The notes under the pieces were generated by a model. It had not been told where the DNA came from, searched no databases, and saw only the letters and a list, made by a program, of their open reading frames with translations. A stretch of 50,821 nucleotides of DNA from the NCBI GenBank assembly GCA_964433085.1, contig CAYSQB010000005.1, positions 1 to 50,821 on the forward strand. The letters are read 5' to 3'. Source of the stretch: an uncultured bacterium (GTDB lineage: Bacteria > Fidelibacterota > Marinisomatia > Marinisomatales > AB-629-J13). Position numbers and translations under genes: made by a program. Of the stretch, positions 18,562-27,532 are shown in pieces (position 1 is the first letter of the stretch; each line of letters begins with the position of its first letter).

Positions 18562-19818
18562 GTGAAAAATTTATTAACTTATTTATATGGTCTAGAACGG
18601 CGCGGGATAAAGGTTGGGCTTGACCATACAGAACAACTCCTAGAAAAAATTGGAAATCCACATTTTTGTTTTCCTTCTATCCATGTTTCTGGAACAAATG
18701 GTAAAGGTTCAACTTGTGCAATGATAGCTTCTATATTTCGGGAAGCTAACTTAAAAATAGGTCTTTATACATCCCCTCACTTACTTCATTTTAATGAGAG
18801 AATTCGAGTGAATGGGATTCCTATTTCAGATGAAGATATCATTAAATTTGTAAAGAGGTACAGAGATAGTTTTGATGATATTCCCGTTACATTTTTTGAA
18901 GCAACAACAGCGTTGGCATTTTGGTATTTCAAAAAATCCTCGGTTGATATTGCAGTGATTGAGACCGGGCTTGGGGGGAGACTTGACTCTACAAATGTGC
19001 TCTCTTCAAATCTGGCGGTAATCACTCCAATATCTCTTGACCATCAGCATTTATTAGGTAGGGATTTGAGAAAAATTGCCAGCGAAAAAGGTGGGATTAT
19101 CAAATATAAAATACCAGTTGTCATTGCACCCCAAGACCAAAAAGCAGCACATGTTTTACAGGGGATAGCCAGTCAAAATAAATCTATATGTTGTTTTGTA
19201 AAATCTCCCACTATATTAAAGACAGATTGGGGAAAAATGGAAACCCGTTTTCGGTTAAATAATATTACATATACAATTCCTTTTCTCGGTAGCCATCAAG
19301 CAGTAAATGCAGCAACAGCAATTCAATCTGTTTCGACCTATGATAGCATGATTTCTACCTCAATAATTAAAAAGGGTCTGGATAAAACAATTTGGCCGGG
19401 GAGACTACAGAAAATGGATAAAACATACCCAATATTTTATGATGTAGCTCATAATGCACATGGATTAAAAGCAATATTGGAAACATTTAATTCTCTAGAC
19501 TTTCAGAAACCCCTAGGGTTATTCTGTTCAAAAAAAGATAAGAACTTGAAACTTATTGCACTTGAAATTAAAAATAATTTCTCTGAACTAATCACTGTAT
19601 CAAATAAAAATGGGGATTTGTTTTCCTCTTCTGAGTTAAATAAACAGTTAAAAAGTTTTGGGACAATAAGTAACCCCAATGATAATATTCATAAAGCATA
19701 TGAAAAATATAAACATAGGAAAGATCCATCTGTACCGATACTCATCTTTGGTAGCCATTACATTGCAAGGGATGTTTTCGATATATTTGATTTTTTCTTT
19801 GACTCTGGTATCATCTAA
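18562..19818 (+). CDS. folC: Folylpolyglutamate synthase / dihydrofolate synthase
   Basis: HVSGTNGKGST, YTSPHL..FNERI, ETGLGGRLDSTN, WPGRLQ, DVAHN. Confidence 0.96.
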   Translation: MKNLLTYLYGLERRGIKVGLDHTEQLLEKIGNPHFCFPSIHVSGTNGKGSTCAMIASIFREANLKIGLYTSPHLLHFNERIRVNGIPISDEDIIKFVKRYRDSFDDIPVTFFEATTALAFWYFKKSSVDIAVIETGLGGRLDSTNVLSSNLAVITPISLDHQHLLGRDLRKIASEKGGIIKYKIPVVIAPQDQKAAHVLQGIASQNKSICCFVKSPTILKTDWGKMETRFRLNNITYTIPFLGSHQAVNAATAIQSVSTYDSMISTSIIKKGLDKTIWPGRLQKMDKTYPIFYDVAHNAHGLKAILETFNSLDFQKPLGLFCSKKDKNLKLIALEIKNNFSELITVSNKNGDLFSSSELNKQLKSFGTISNPNDNIHKAYEKYKHRKDPSVPILIFGSHYIARDVFDIFDFFFDSGII

Positions 19819-19826
19819 TGTAATTT
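19799..19826 (+). promoter_or_regulatory. Putative rho promoter (TTGACT-N16-TAATTT) overlapping the folC 3' end
   Basis: TTGACT 19799-19804, TAATTT 19821-19826. Confidence 0.5.
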
Positions 19827-19866
19827 CCTGCCTGAGCTGTGATCAGCCCTCAGCAGGTTTTTCTTT
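19827..19866 (+). terminator. Bulged hairpin plus U-tract between folC and rho
   Basis: CCTG(C)CTGAGCTG-TGAT-CAGC(CC)TCAGCAGG then TTTTTCTTT. Confidence 0.5.
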
Positions 19867-19898
19867 ATAATAACCCTTTTCCATTTAAGGAACTATCT

Positions 19899-21146
19899 AT
19901 GGATGTAAATGAACTGAAATCATTAAAAATAAAGGAACTTACCAAATTATCGCAAGATATAGGTGCCCCATCTGTTTCTGGTTTGAACAAGCAGGAGATG
20001 ATTGTTCTTATTCTTAAAGCGCAAGCTAAAAAAGATGGAGTATTGTATGCCAAAGGTGTATTGGAAGTTATGTCGGACGGATATGGTTTTCTTCGGAGCC
20101 CAGATTTTAATTATTTACCAGGCTCCGATGATATCTATGTGAGCCCTTCTCAAATAAAACGGTTCGGTCTTCGTACCGGACATCTCATATCCGGGCAGAT
20201 AAGACCACCAAAATCTAAAGAGCGATTTTATGCTTTGCTAAAAATAGACTTGGTGAATGACCGTCCATTTGAGGAAGTTAGAAAAGCAATACTTTTTGAC
20301 AACCTTACTCCCTACTATCCAGAAGAGAAATTTGTTTTGGAAACGGATTCAAAAAATCTGTCGATGCGAATTTTAGATTTAATTTCACCCATTGGGAAAG
20401 GGCAGCGAGGGTTAATCGTTGCTGCACCTAAAACTGGTAAAACGATGCTCCTACAGCATCTCGCAAATTCTATTAGGAAAAATTCACCCAAGACCAAGCT
20501 ACTGATATTGCTTATTGATGAAAGACCGGAAGAAGTAACTGACATGAAACGTAACGTTGATGCGGAGGTAGTAAGCTCTACATTTGATGAGATCCCGGAG
20601 CGACATGTTGCTGTTGCAGATATGGTACTTCAAAAAGCGAAAAGGATGGTGGAATATGGCGAGGATGTTGTTATTCTTTTGGACAGCCTTACTCGATTAG
20701 CACGTGCACACAATTCTGTAATTCCTCACAGTGGTAAAATTTTATCAGGAGGTGTAGATGCAAATGCACTAAAAAAACCAAAACAATTTTTTGGTGCTGC
20801 ACGGAATACTGAGGAAGGCGGGACCCTTACAATTGTCGCAACGGCTCTTGTGGATACTGGAAGCAGGATGGATGATGTTATATTTGAAGAGTTCAAGGGG
20901 ACAGGAAACATGGAACTTGTTTTGGACAGAGGCCTGAGCGATCGCCGAATTTTCCCCTCATTTGATCTCATCAGATCAGGCACCCGTAGAGAAGAACTTT
21001 TAGTTAGCAAAAAACATTTGGGAAGAATGTGGATTTTAAGAAAATTGCTAAATGAAATGAATTCTATTGAGGCAATGGAATTTTTTCAGGAAAGAATTAA
21101 ACGGACAAAGTCTAATGAAGAATTCATGAATACAATGAGTAAATAA
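19899..21146 (+). CDS. rho: Transcription termination factor Rho (ATG 19899 with AAGGA RBS preferred over GTG 19839)
   Basis: [58 protein letters not shown]. Confidence 0.99.
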   Translation: MDVNELKSLKIKELTKLSQDIGAPSVSGLNKQEMIVLILKAQAKKDGVLYAKGVLEVMSDGYGFLRSPDFNYLPGSDDIYVSPSQIKRFGLRTGHLISGQIRPPKSKERFYALLKIDLVNDRPFEEVRKAILFDNLTPYYPEEKFVLETDSKNLSMRILDLISPIGKGQRGLIVAAPKTGKTMLLQHLANSIRKNSPKTKLLILLIDERPEEVTDMKRNVDAEVVSSTFDEIPERHVAVADMVLQKAKRMVEYGEDVVILLDSLTRLARAHNSVIPHSGKILSGGVDANALKKPKQFFGAARNTEEGGTLTIVATALVDTGSRMDDVIFEEFKGTGNMELVLDRGLSDRRIFPSFDLIRSGTRREELLVSKKHLGRMWILRKLLNEMNSIEAMEFFQERIKRTKSNEEFMNTMSK

Positions 21147-21193
21147 TATAATATTTAAAACATGATTTTTATAATTTATAAAGAGGTCACACA

Positions 21194-22168
21194 ATCGAGG
21201 AATCCGGTCAAGAAGGAAACAATCCGCGGACAGTAACCCTTCGTCTCATTACGGATAAACCGGTAAAGAAAACACCCTATCAAGTGAAAGGTGTTTTTAT
21301 AAATCAATTTGCAGATGATCCGATTATTCCCTTGCTTAACGGGCAATACAGAAAAGAATTTCTGTATCCACGTGTGCAAGTGAAAATATTGAACGAACAA
21401 ATTTATCTCGTAGGTATTAATGAAGGCGTGAATTATCTGCTATCTTTGAAAGAAAAATTTAACACGCTTGATTTTGGCAACATTACCTTTCGGGTAAATG
21501 ATGTAAACATTGATGAAAAATCAGATATCTTATCCCCATCTAATCAACCTATAAAATATAGATTTATTTCTCCCTGGGTTGCACTAAACCCTGCCACAAA
21601 GAAACGATATAAAAATTTGAATAACTCAGAACGGATTAAATACCTTAGCCAGCTACTTACTCATAATATTTTATTTTTGGGAAAAGAAATGGGGATAACC
21701 ATCGATACAAAAGTATATACTTGGCTTACATTATCATCTTTGTTTCCAAAGCCTGTGGGAGAGAAAAACTGGGGCTCATTTTCTGGGGGATTTAAAACCA
21801 ATTTTATTTTACCGAATTATATTGGTTTAGGTAATGGAATAACACGTGGTTTTGGTACTATTTATGGATTCTCTGATTCGGATGGATTCTCTTTTGATGA
21901 GGAATTATTGAAAGAAGAACCAAAATTTAAAGAAAAAACTAAGAAGAAGCCTCTCCCACATAAATTCAAAAAGAAAAAACGAAGCGATAATCAGAAAACA
22001 AAAGAACATACAACCTCGTATAAAACTAAGAAAAAAAAGAACACTAAATTCAAAAAGAAAAACCATCCCCAATTTAGTGATCAAGCTAATGATGACAAAC
22101 TCGATAATGGGCATAATGATTTTAATTTTAACAGGGGTAAATTCCATAAAAAACAACATGAATTCTAA
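21194..22168 (+). CDS. cas6: Stand-alone Cas6b-like (RAMP) protein with Lys-rich C-terminal tail; start probably upstream of GTG 21284 (ATC 21194)
   Basis: Y-P-x-V-Q-x-K, LVGINEG, YRFISPWVALN, L..NIL...K.MGI, F.G.FKTNF.LPNYIGLGNGITRGFGTI (GhGxxxxxGhG loop, 21824-21856); frame open from 21182 with AAGAGGT at 21181-21187. Confidence 0.82.
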   Translation: MEESGQEGNNPRTVTLRLITDKPVKKTPYQVKGVFINQFADDPIIPLLNGQYRKEFLYPRVQVKILNEQIYLVGINEGVNYLLSLKEKFNTLDFGNITFRVNDVNIDEKSDILSPSNQPIKYRFISPWVALNPATKKRYKNLNNSERIKYLSQLLTHNILFLGKEMGITIDTKVYTWLTLSSLFPKPVGEKNWGSFSGGFKTNFILPNYIGLGNGITRGFGTIYGFSDSDGFSFDEELLKEEPKFKEKTKKKPLPHKFKKKKRSDNQKTKEHTTSYKTKKKKNTKFKKKNHPQFSDQANDDKLDNGHNDFNFNRGKFHKKQHEF

Positions 22169-22318
22169 TATTTATTGTAGACTCTCTCTAAAATATAGTA
22201 TTAAAGAAATGACAAATATAGATACACACACAAAAGGAAGAATTTTATGGGCATGGTTTATGTTTTTGGGGAACAAGGTAAATTTATAAAGACCAATTTT
22301 TTAGGATACTAGATAAAG

Positions 22319-23506
22319 ATGAAATTTGCCAGAAGAATATCAAAACTTAAGCCATCCTTTACCATGCAAATGGCTGCGACAGCAGCTCAAATGCGACAAG
22401 AAGGTTTGGATGTTATTAATTTTACAGTTGGAGAACCTGACTTTTCAACTTCTGCCCATATTTGTGAAGCAGCGAAGATCGCTTTAGATGAAGGGTTTAC
22501 AAAATACACTCCTGTTAGTGGCACCTTGGATTTAAAATCAGCTATCCAGACAAAAGTAAAACGGGATAACAATATCGATATCAATTTGGACCAGATTTTG
22601 GTGTCAAACGGAGGGAAACAAAGTCTTTACCTTGCCTGTCAGGCTTTATATGAAAAAGGCGACGAGGTATTGATTTTTTCTCCTTATTGGGTCTCTTATC
22701 CAGAAATGGTACGGTTATCAGATGCGGAACCGATAACTATTGAGACTGATTCGGAGAATCAATATGAGCCAAATTTTAAAAACTTAGAAAATAAAATCAC
22801 ATCCAACGTAAAAGGGGTTATTATTAACAGTCCTTCAAATCCTACAGGATCGGTTTGGTCAGATAATACAGTTAAACGTGTACTAGAAATTGCAAAACAG
22901 AATGGATGGGTGGTGTTTTCTGATGAATGCTACGAGCAATTAGTCTATGATGCACCCTTCAAAAGTATAGAGCGTCTCAATGAAGTTGGAGCAGATGTTA
23001 TCACCTTTATGACTTTATCTAAATCATATGCAATGACAGGGTGGAGAGTGGGATATGCGTTTGGAAATTATAATTTGATTAATGTAATGGGGAAGCTTCA
23101 GGGGCAGGAAACATCCTGCGCAAATTCCATTGCTCAAAAAGCGGCAATTGAAGCTCTTATAGGGGACCAGTCATCTATGATTGCAATGAAGGAAACTTTT
23201 AGAAAAAGGAGAGATTTAATGATAAGTTTATTAAATGATATACCTAAAATATCTTGCGAAAAACCAAAGGGGGCATTTTATGCATTCCCGGATTGTTCAA
23301 AATATTTTGGAGCTCAAGATAATGGTAAAATAATTAATACTTCTACGGAATTATCGGAATATATTTTAAGTAAATCAAATGTGGTTACCGTTCCCGGAGA
23401 TGGGTTTGGGGCTCCAGGACATATAAGATTTTCTTATGCAGTTTCATCGGAAATAATAATAAAAGGAATAGGTCGATTAAGACAGGCACTAGACCAATTA
23501 AATTAA
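22319..23506 (+). CDS. PLP-dependent class I aminotransferase (aspartate aminotransferase-like)
   Basis: VGEPDF, NGGKQ, PYWVSY, NSPSNPTG, SDECY, SKSYAMTGWRVGY. Confidence 0.95.
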   Translation: MKFARRISKLKPSFTMQMAATAAQMRQEGLDVINFTVGEPDFSTSAHICEAAKIALDEGFTKYTPVSGTLDLKSAIQTKVKRDNNIDINLDQILVSNGGKQSLYLACQALYEKGDEVLIFSPYWVSYPEMVRLSDAEPITIETDSENQYEPNFKNLENKITSNVKGVIINSPSNPTGSVWSDNTVKRVLEIAKQNGWVVFSDECYEQLVYDAPFKSIERLNEVGADVITFMTLSKSYAMTGWRVGYAFGNYNLINVMGKLQGQETSCANSIAQKAAIEALIGDQSSMIAMKETFRKRRDLMISLLNDIPKISCEKPKGAFYAFPDCSKYFGAQDNGKIINTSTELSEYILSKSNVVTVPGDGFGAPGHIRFSYAVSSEIIIKGIGRLRQALDQLN

Positions 23507-23521
23507 TTAGGAGAATAAACA

Positions 23522-23731
23522 ATGAAAAAAGGAATTCATCCAGAATATAAAACAGGAAAAGTCCACTGTGCATGTGGAAATGAGTTCAAAGTGTACAGTA
23601 CTTTAGGTGACCAGCGAATCGAAATTTGTAATGTATGCCATCCGTTTTTTTCTGGTAAACAAAAACTTATTGATACAGCAGGTAGAATAGAAAAATTTGA
23701 ACAGAAATACGGAAAGACATCTAATCAATAA
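23522..23731 (+). CDS. rpmE: 50S ribosomal protein L31 (Zn-binding, four-Cys form)
   Basis: [32 protein letters not shown]; AGGAG RBS. Confidence 0.98.
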   Translation: MKKGIHPEYKTGKVHCACGNEFKVYSTLGDQRIEICNVCHPFFSGKQKLIDTAGRIEKFEQKYGKTSNQ

Positions 23732-23821
23732 TCATTATAGGGGCTATACTTCTATGGAAAACATTTCTATTGTTCAAGTACGTCTCTCTTTATGAGAGTT
23801 TCATTTAATACGCTATGCATT

Positions 23822-24760
23822 ATGAAGCCTTCGATTCTTGTGGGAGGGCAGGCTGTTATTGAAGGTGTAATGATGCGTGTTCCTGGTGCAGTAGCAATAG
23901 CTGTGAGGGATCCTAGTGGGCAAATTCGTATTAAACGAAAATCATTTTTTTCTGTCACAGAAAAAACCAAATTTTGGAAAAAGCCGATTTTGAGAGGCGT
24001 AGCTTCATTATTTGAAGCAATAAAACTAGGGTATTCTACATTACAGTGGTCTGCCGATATTGCCATACCACCTGATGAGCCGGATAAGAAACAAAGTAAA
24101 CTTGCCGATGTTTTCACGATATTTATATCAGCGGGATTGGCACTTTCCTTATTCCTCATTATTCCAATGTGGATAACGACCAACTTTTTAAATTTTGAAA
24201 AAGACGCATTGTGGTTTAATATAATTTCTGGAGGATTTCGTATCATCTTTTTTATTATTTATTTAGTATTGATATCTTTTTTAAAAGATGTCCAGCGCCT
24301 GTTTCAATATCATGGATCAGAACATAGAGTAATATATAATTTTGAGTCGGGGAAAGAACTGAATATTAAAAGTGCGCAATCCTTCCCAACTCAGCATCCC
24401 CGATGTGGCACTAGTTTTCTTTTTATTATTCTACTTTCCGCTATATTAATTTTTGCTTTAGTGGATACAGTCATCATTTCCGCAATGGGGACCATTTCTT
24501 TACCTATTCGACTGTTGTTTCATATTCCTTTGATTCCCTTCGTGTCTGGAATTGGGTATGAGATTATAAAATTGACCGCACGGAAAGAATCACTTCTATT
24601 TCGTATTATTAGGAAACCAGGGCTTTGGTTACAGAATATCACAACTAGATACCCAGAAGATGACATGGTGGAAGTTGCTATTGAGGCATTGAAATCAGCA
24701 TTTGGAGATGAATATGAAAAAATATCCGGTAAGAAATATATTGCTGAGGCAATTGGATGA
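23822..24760 (+). CDS. DUF1385 family membrane protein
   Basis: [38 protein letters not shown]; commonly located between rpmE and prfA. Confidence 0.92.
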   Translation: MKPSILVGGQAVIEGVMMRVPGAVAIAVRDPSGQIRIKRKSFFSVTEKTKFWKKPILRGVASLFEAIKLGYSTLQWSADIAIPPDEPDKKQSKLADVFTIFISAGLALSLFLIIPMWITTNFLNFEKDALWFNIISGGFRIIFFIIYLVLISFLKDVQRLFQYHGSEHRVIYNFESGKELNIKSAQSFPTQHPRCGTSFLFIILLSAILIFALVDTVIISAMGTISLPIRLLFHIPLIPFVSGIGYEIIKLTARKESLLFRIIRKPGLWLQNITTRYPEDDMVEVAIEALKSAFGDEYEKISGKKYIAEAIG

Positions 24761-25827
24761 AAGAAAAAGTAATGGATATAATTAACCATTTTGAGGAAAT
24801 TGAAAAACAGTTTTCTACTCCTGAAGTAATTGGGAATCCAGAACGTATAAAAAAAACAGCTAAAGAAAGAAGTCGCTTAGAACCGATTGTTAAGAAGGGT
24901 AGAGAATATATTGAATTAGTTAAACAACTTGAAGAATTTAATGAAATTTTATCTGGAGATGACGAAGAACTCATCCATTTAGCAAAAGAAGAGTTGACAG
25001 AATTGAGTAGCCAGAAAAGCACAATAGAAGAAGAAATGAAAATATTGCTTCTTCCAAGAAATCCTAATGATGATAAAAGTATAATCATGGAAATTCGAGC
25101 TGGGACGGGAGGTGATGAAGCCGCTTTATTTGCATCTGACCTGTTTCGGATGTATTCCCACTACGCTGAGAAGGAAAATTTGTCCATAAAAATTATGGAT
25201 GCAAACGAAACAGGAATTGGAGGATTTAAAAGCATTACATTTGCATTGAATGGTGAAGGGGCCTATGGAAAATTGAAGTTCGAAAGTGGTGTTCACAGAG
25301 TTCAAAGAGTTCCTAAAACTGAAGCTAGTGGTCGACTTCACACTTCAGCTGCAACTGTAGCTGTTTTGCCAGAAGCAGAGGAGGCCGATATTGAGGTCAG
25401 GGATGAAGATTTAAAAGTAGATACATATCGAGCCAGTGGTGCAGGCGGTCAGCATGTCAATAAAACGGAATCGGCTATACGGATTACCCATGTACCGACA
25501 GGACTAGTTGTCACATGCCAGGATGAAAAGTCTCAGCATAAAAACAAATCAGCTGCTATGAAAGTCATGCGCTCCAGATTACTTGCCGCTGAAGAAGAAA
25601 GATTGGCTAGAGAACGAGCAGAGACTCGCCGCTCTTTGGTTTCAACTGGAGATCGTTCTGCTAAGATAAGAACCTATAATTTTCCTCAAAACAGGGTAAC
25701 TGACCATAGGATAAATTATACTACCCATAATCTTGAAAACATGATAAACGGAGATTTAATTTCGTTTATTGAACAACTTCAATTAGCAGAGCAGCAGGAG
25801 CAACTAACGGGGATTAGTACAGGATAA
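24757..25827 (+). CDS. prfA: Peptide chain release factor 1
   Basis: [21 protein letters not shown] (PxT), [22 protein letters not shown]. Confidence 0.98.
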   Translation: MKEKVMDIINHFEEIEKQFSTPEVIGNPERIKKTAKERSRLEPIVKKGREYIELVKQLEEFNEILSGDDEELIHLAKEELTELSSQKSTIEEEMKILLLPRNPNDDKSIIMEIRAGTGGDEAALFASDLFRMYSHYAEKENLSIKIMDANETGIGGFKSITFALNGEGAYGKLKFESGVHRVQRVPKTEASGRLHTSAATVAVLPEAEEADIEVRDEDLKVDTYRASGAGGQHVNKTESAIRITHVPTGLVVTCQDEKSQHKNKSAAMKVMRSRLLAAEEERLARERAETRRSLVSTGDRSAKIRTYNFPQNRVTDHRINYTTHNLENMINGDLISFIEQLQLAEQQEQLTGISTG

Positions 25828-25832
25828 CCGAT

Positions 25833-26687
25833 GTGGGTTTATCAAATCAACTAATGCATGAATTATTATCATGGGGAGAAAGGGAGTTGGACCATAACCA
25901 TATTGAAAATTCCCGCCGGGAGATCATTTGGATGGCAAGCGAACTGTTTGACTGTAGAATGAGCGATATCTTTTTTAATAAAACACCTATTGCTGATCAC
26001 CATGTAAAAACATTCAAGAAATGGATTCAACGAAGATTAAATCGCGAACCGGTTCAGAAAATCACTGGGAAAACAGAATTTTATGGATTACCTCTTCATT
26101 TAGAATCAGGTGTCTTTATTCCTAGGCCGGAAACGGAAAGGTTAGTTGATGAAGTAAAAACGCTTGCACTAAAAGAAAAACCAATTTCAATTTTAGATAT
26201 TGGCACGGGATCTGGTTGTATAGCAGTTGCTTTGGCAACTAATCTTAATAATTCAGATGTTATGGCAATTGATATTTCTTCTGAAGCTCTAAAAGTAGCA
26301 AAAATAAATGGGAATCATCACAAATTAAAAAATATTTGTTTTCTAAAAATGGATATTCTTCAGGAAATCCCAAAACACCCCTATGATTTTGTTGTTTCTA
26401 ATCCCCCGTATATTCCCAAAAAAGACATGAAATTATTAATGCCGGAAGTTGTCGAACATGATCCGGCCTTAGCACTGACAGACAATGCCGATGGATTAAC
26501 TTTTTATACACATTTAGCAAAGCATTTTCATACACTTGTGGATCAAAAGGGATATATGGTATTAGAAACCGGAAATGGTGATCACCCGTTCGAAGTATTG
26601 GAAATATTCTTTAAATACGGACTTAATGCAGAGCTAAAAAAAGATTACTCGGGGGATTATAGAGTCCTCATAGCATCCTCCAAATGA
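25833..26687 (+). CDS. prmC: Release factor glutamine methyltransferase
   Basis: EPVQKITG..EFYG, IPRPETE, DIGTGSGCIA, SNPPY; follows prfA. Confidence 0.96.
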   Translation: MGLSNQLMHELLSWGERELDHNHIENSRREIIWMASELFDCRMSDIFFNKTPIADHHVKTFKKWIQRRLNREPVQKITGKTEFYGLPLHLESGVFIPRPETERLVDEVKTLALKEKPISILDIGTGSGCIAVALATNLNNSDVMAIDISSEALKVAKINGNHHKLKNICFLKMDILQEIPKHPYDFVVSNPPYIPKKDMKLLMPEVVEHDPALALTDNADGLTFYTHLAKHFHTLVDQKGYMVLETGNGDHPFEVLEIFFKYGLNAELKKDYSGDYRVLIASSK

Positions 26688-27532
26688 ATTTATTGGCAAG
26701 TTATGTTCGTATCCTTCGCCCAATTAATATTGTCATTTCTGCCACAACGGTTTTTATTTGCGCGGACATTCTTAATGCATTTGAGAATAAATCTCTCCTT
26801 ATTTATACTATTTTGATATTAGGGTTTCTTATAGGCGGTGCAAATATATTCAATGATATTCAGGATAAAAAAGTAGATAATGTAAACAAACCATATAGGC
26901 CTATTGCCGCAGGACAGCTCTCCCTGAAAGCGGCGGCATATTATTCAAAAGTAATGTTTATTTTAGGTATAGGGATGTGTTTTTTTCTCCCCCTTTCAGC
27001 CGCTCTAATTGTTTGGTTTATTGCCCTTCCTCTTATGATAATTTATTCACTCAAATTGAAATCAGTACCCTTATTGGGGAATGGTGTAATAGCTTTTTTG
27101 TTAGGGCTTATCTTTATTTTTTGCGGGTTGGTATTTGGGGATATTGGGCCAATGATTGTCCCAGCATGTCTTGCATTTTTTCTAACGTTTGTAAGAGAAT
27201 TAACAAAAGATATTGAAGATATAAAGGGTGACAAACGATTGGGAATAAACACCTTCCCTGTAATGTTTGGATTAAATAAGGCTGTTCAGTTAGTTATTGT
27301 GCTTTCGGTAACAACAGGTATTTTTTCATTTATTCCGTATTTATTAAAGTTATATTCTGTTTTTTATCTTATTCCGCTTGTCTTTGGAGTTGAGTTTCCG
27401 TTGGCAGTTGTTGTGTTTTTGTTCATGAGGTCACATTCTAAATCAACAGCAAAAAAATCATCAGGTCTGCTTAAAATCGCAACCATTATGGGAATAATTT
27501 CAATCTACATAGGAGCAACAATTGGGAACTGA
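26684..27532 (+). CDS. UbiA prenyltransferase, DGGGP-synthase-like subfamily
   Basis: ILRPIN, NDIQDKKVDNVNKPYRPI, YSLKLKSVPLLGN, RELTKDIEDIKGD. Confidence 0.82.
   Translation: MNLLASYVRILRPINIVISATTVFICADILNAFENKSLLIYTILILGFLIGGANIFNDIQDKKVDNVNKPYRPIAAGQLSLKAAAYYSKVMFILGIGMCFFLPLSAALIVWFIALPLMIIYSLKLKSVPLLGNGVIAFLLGLIFIFCGLVFGDIGPMIVPACLAFFLTFVRELTKDIEDIKGDKRLGINTFPVMFGLNKAVQLVIVLSVTTGIFSFIPYLLKLYSVFYLIPLVFGVEFPLAVVVFLFMRSHSKSTAKKSSGLLKIATIMGIISIYIGATIGN

Noticed and set aside
22077-22289. 70-aa ORF (or 26-aa MTNIDT...) between cas6 and the aminotransferase
   Set aside because: Overlaps the cas6 tail out of frame, has no clear RBS or motif; likely chance.
21147-22318. CRISPR array or leader flanking the cas6-like gene
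   Set aside because: No 25-40 nt repeat with regular spacers on either side, nor anywhere else in the window by eye.
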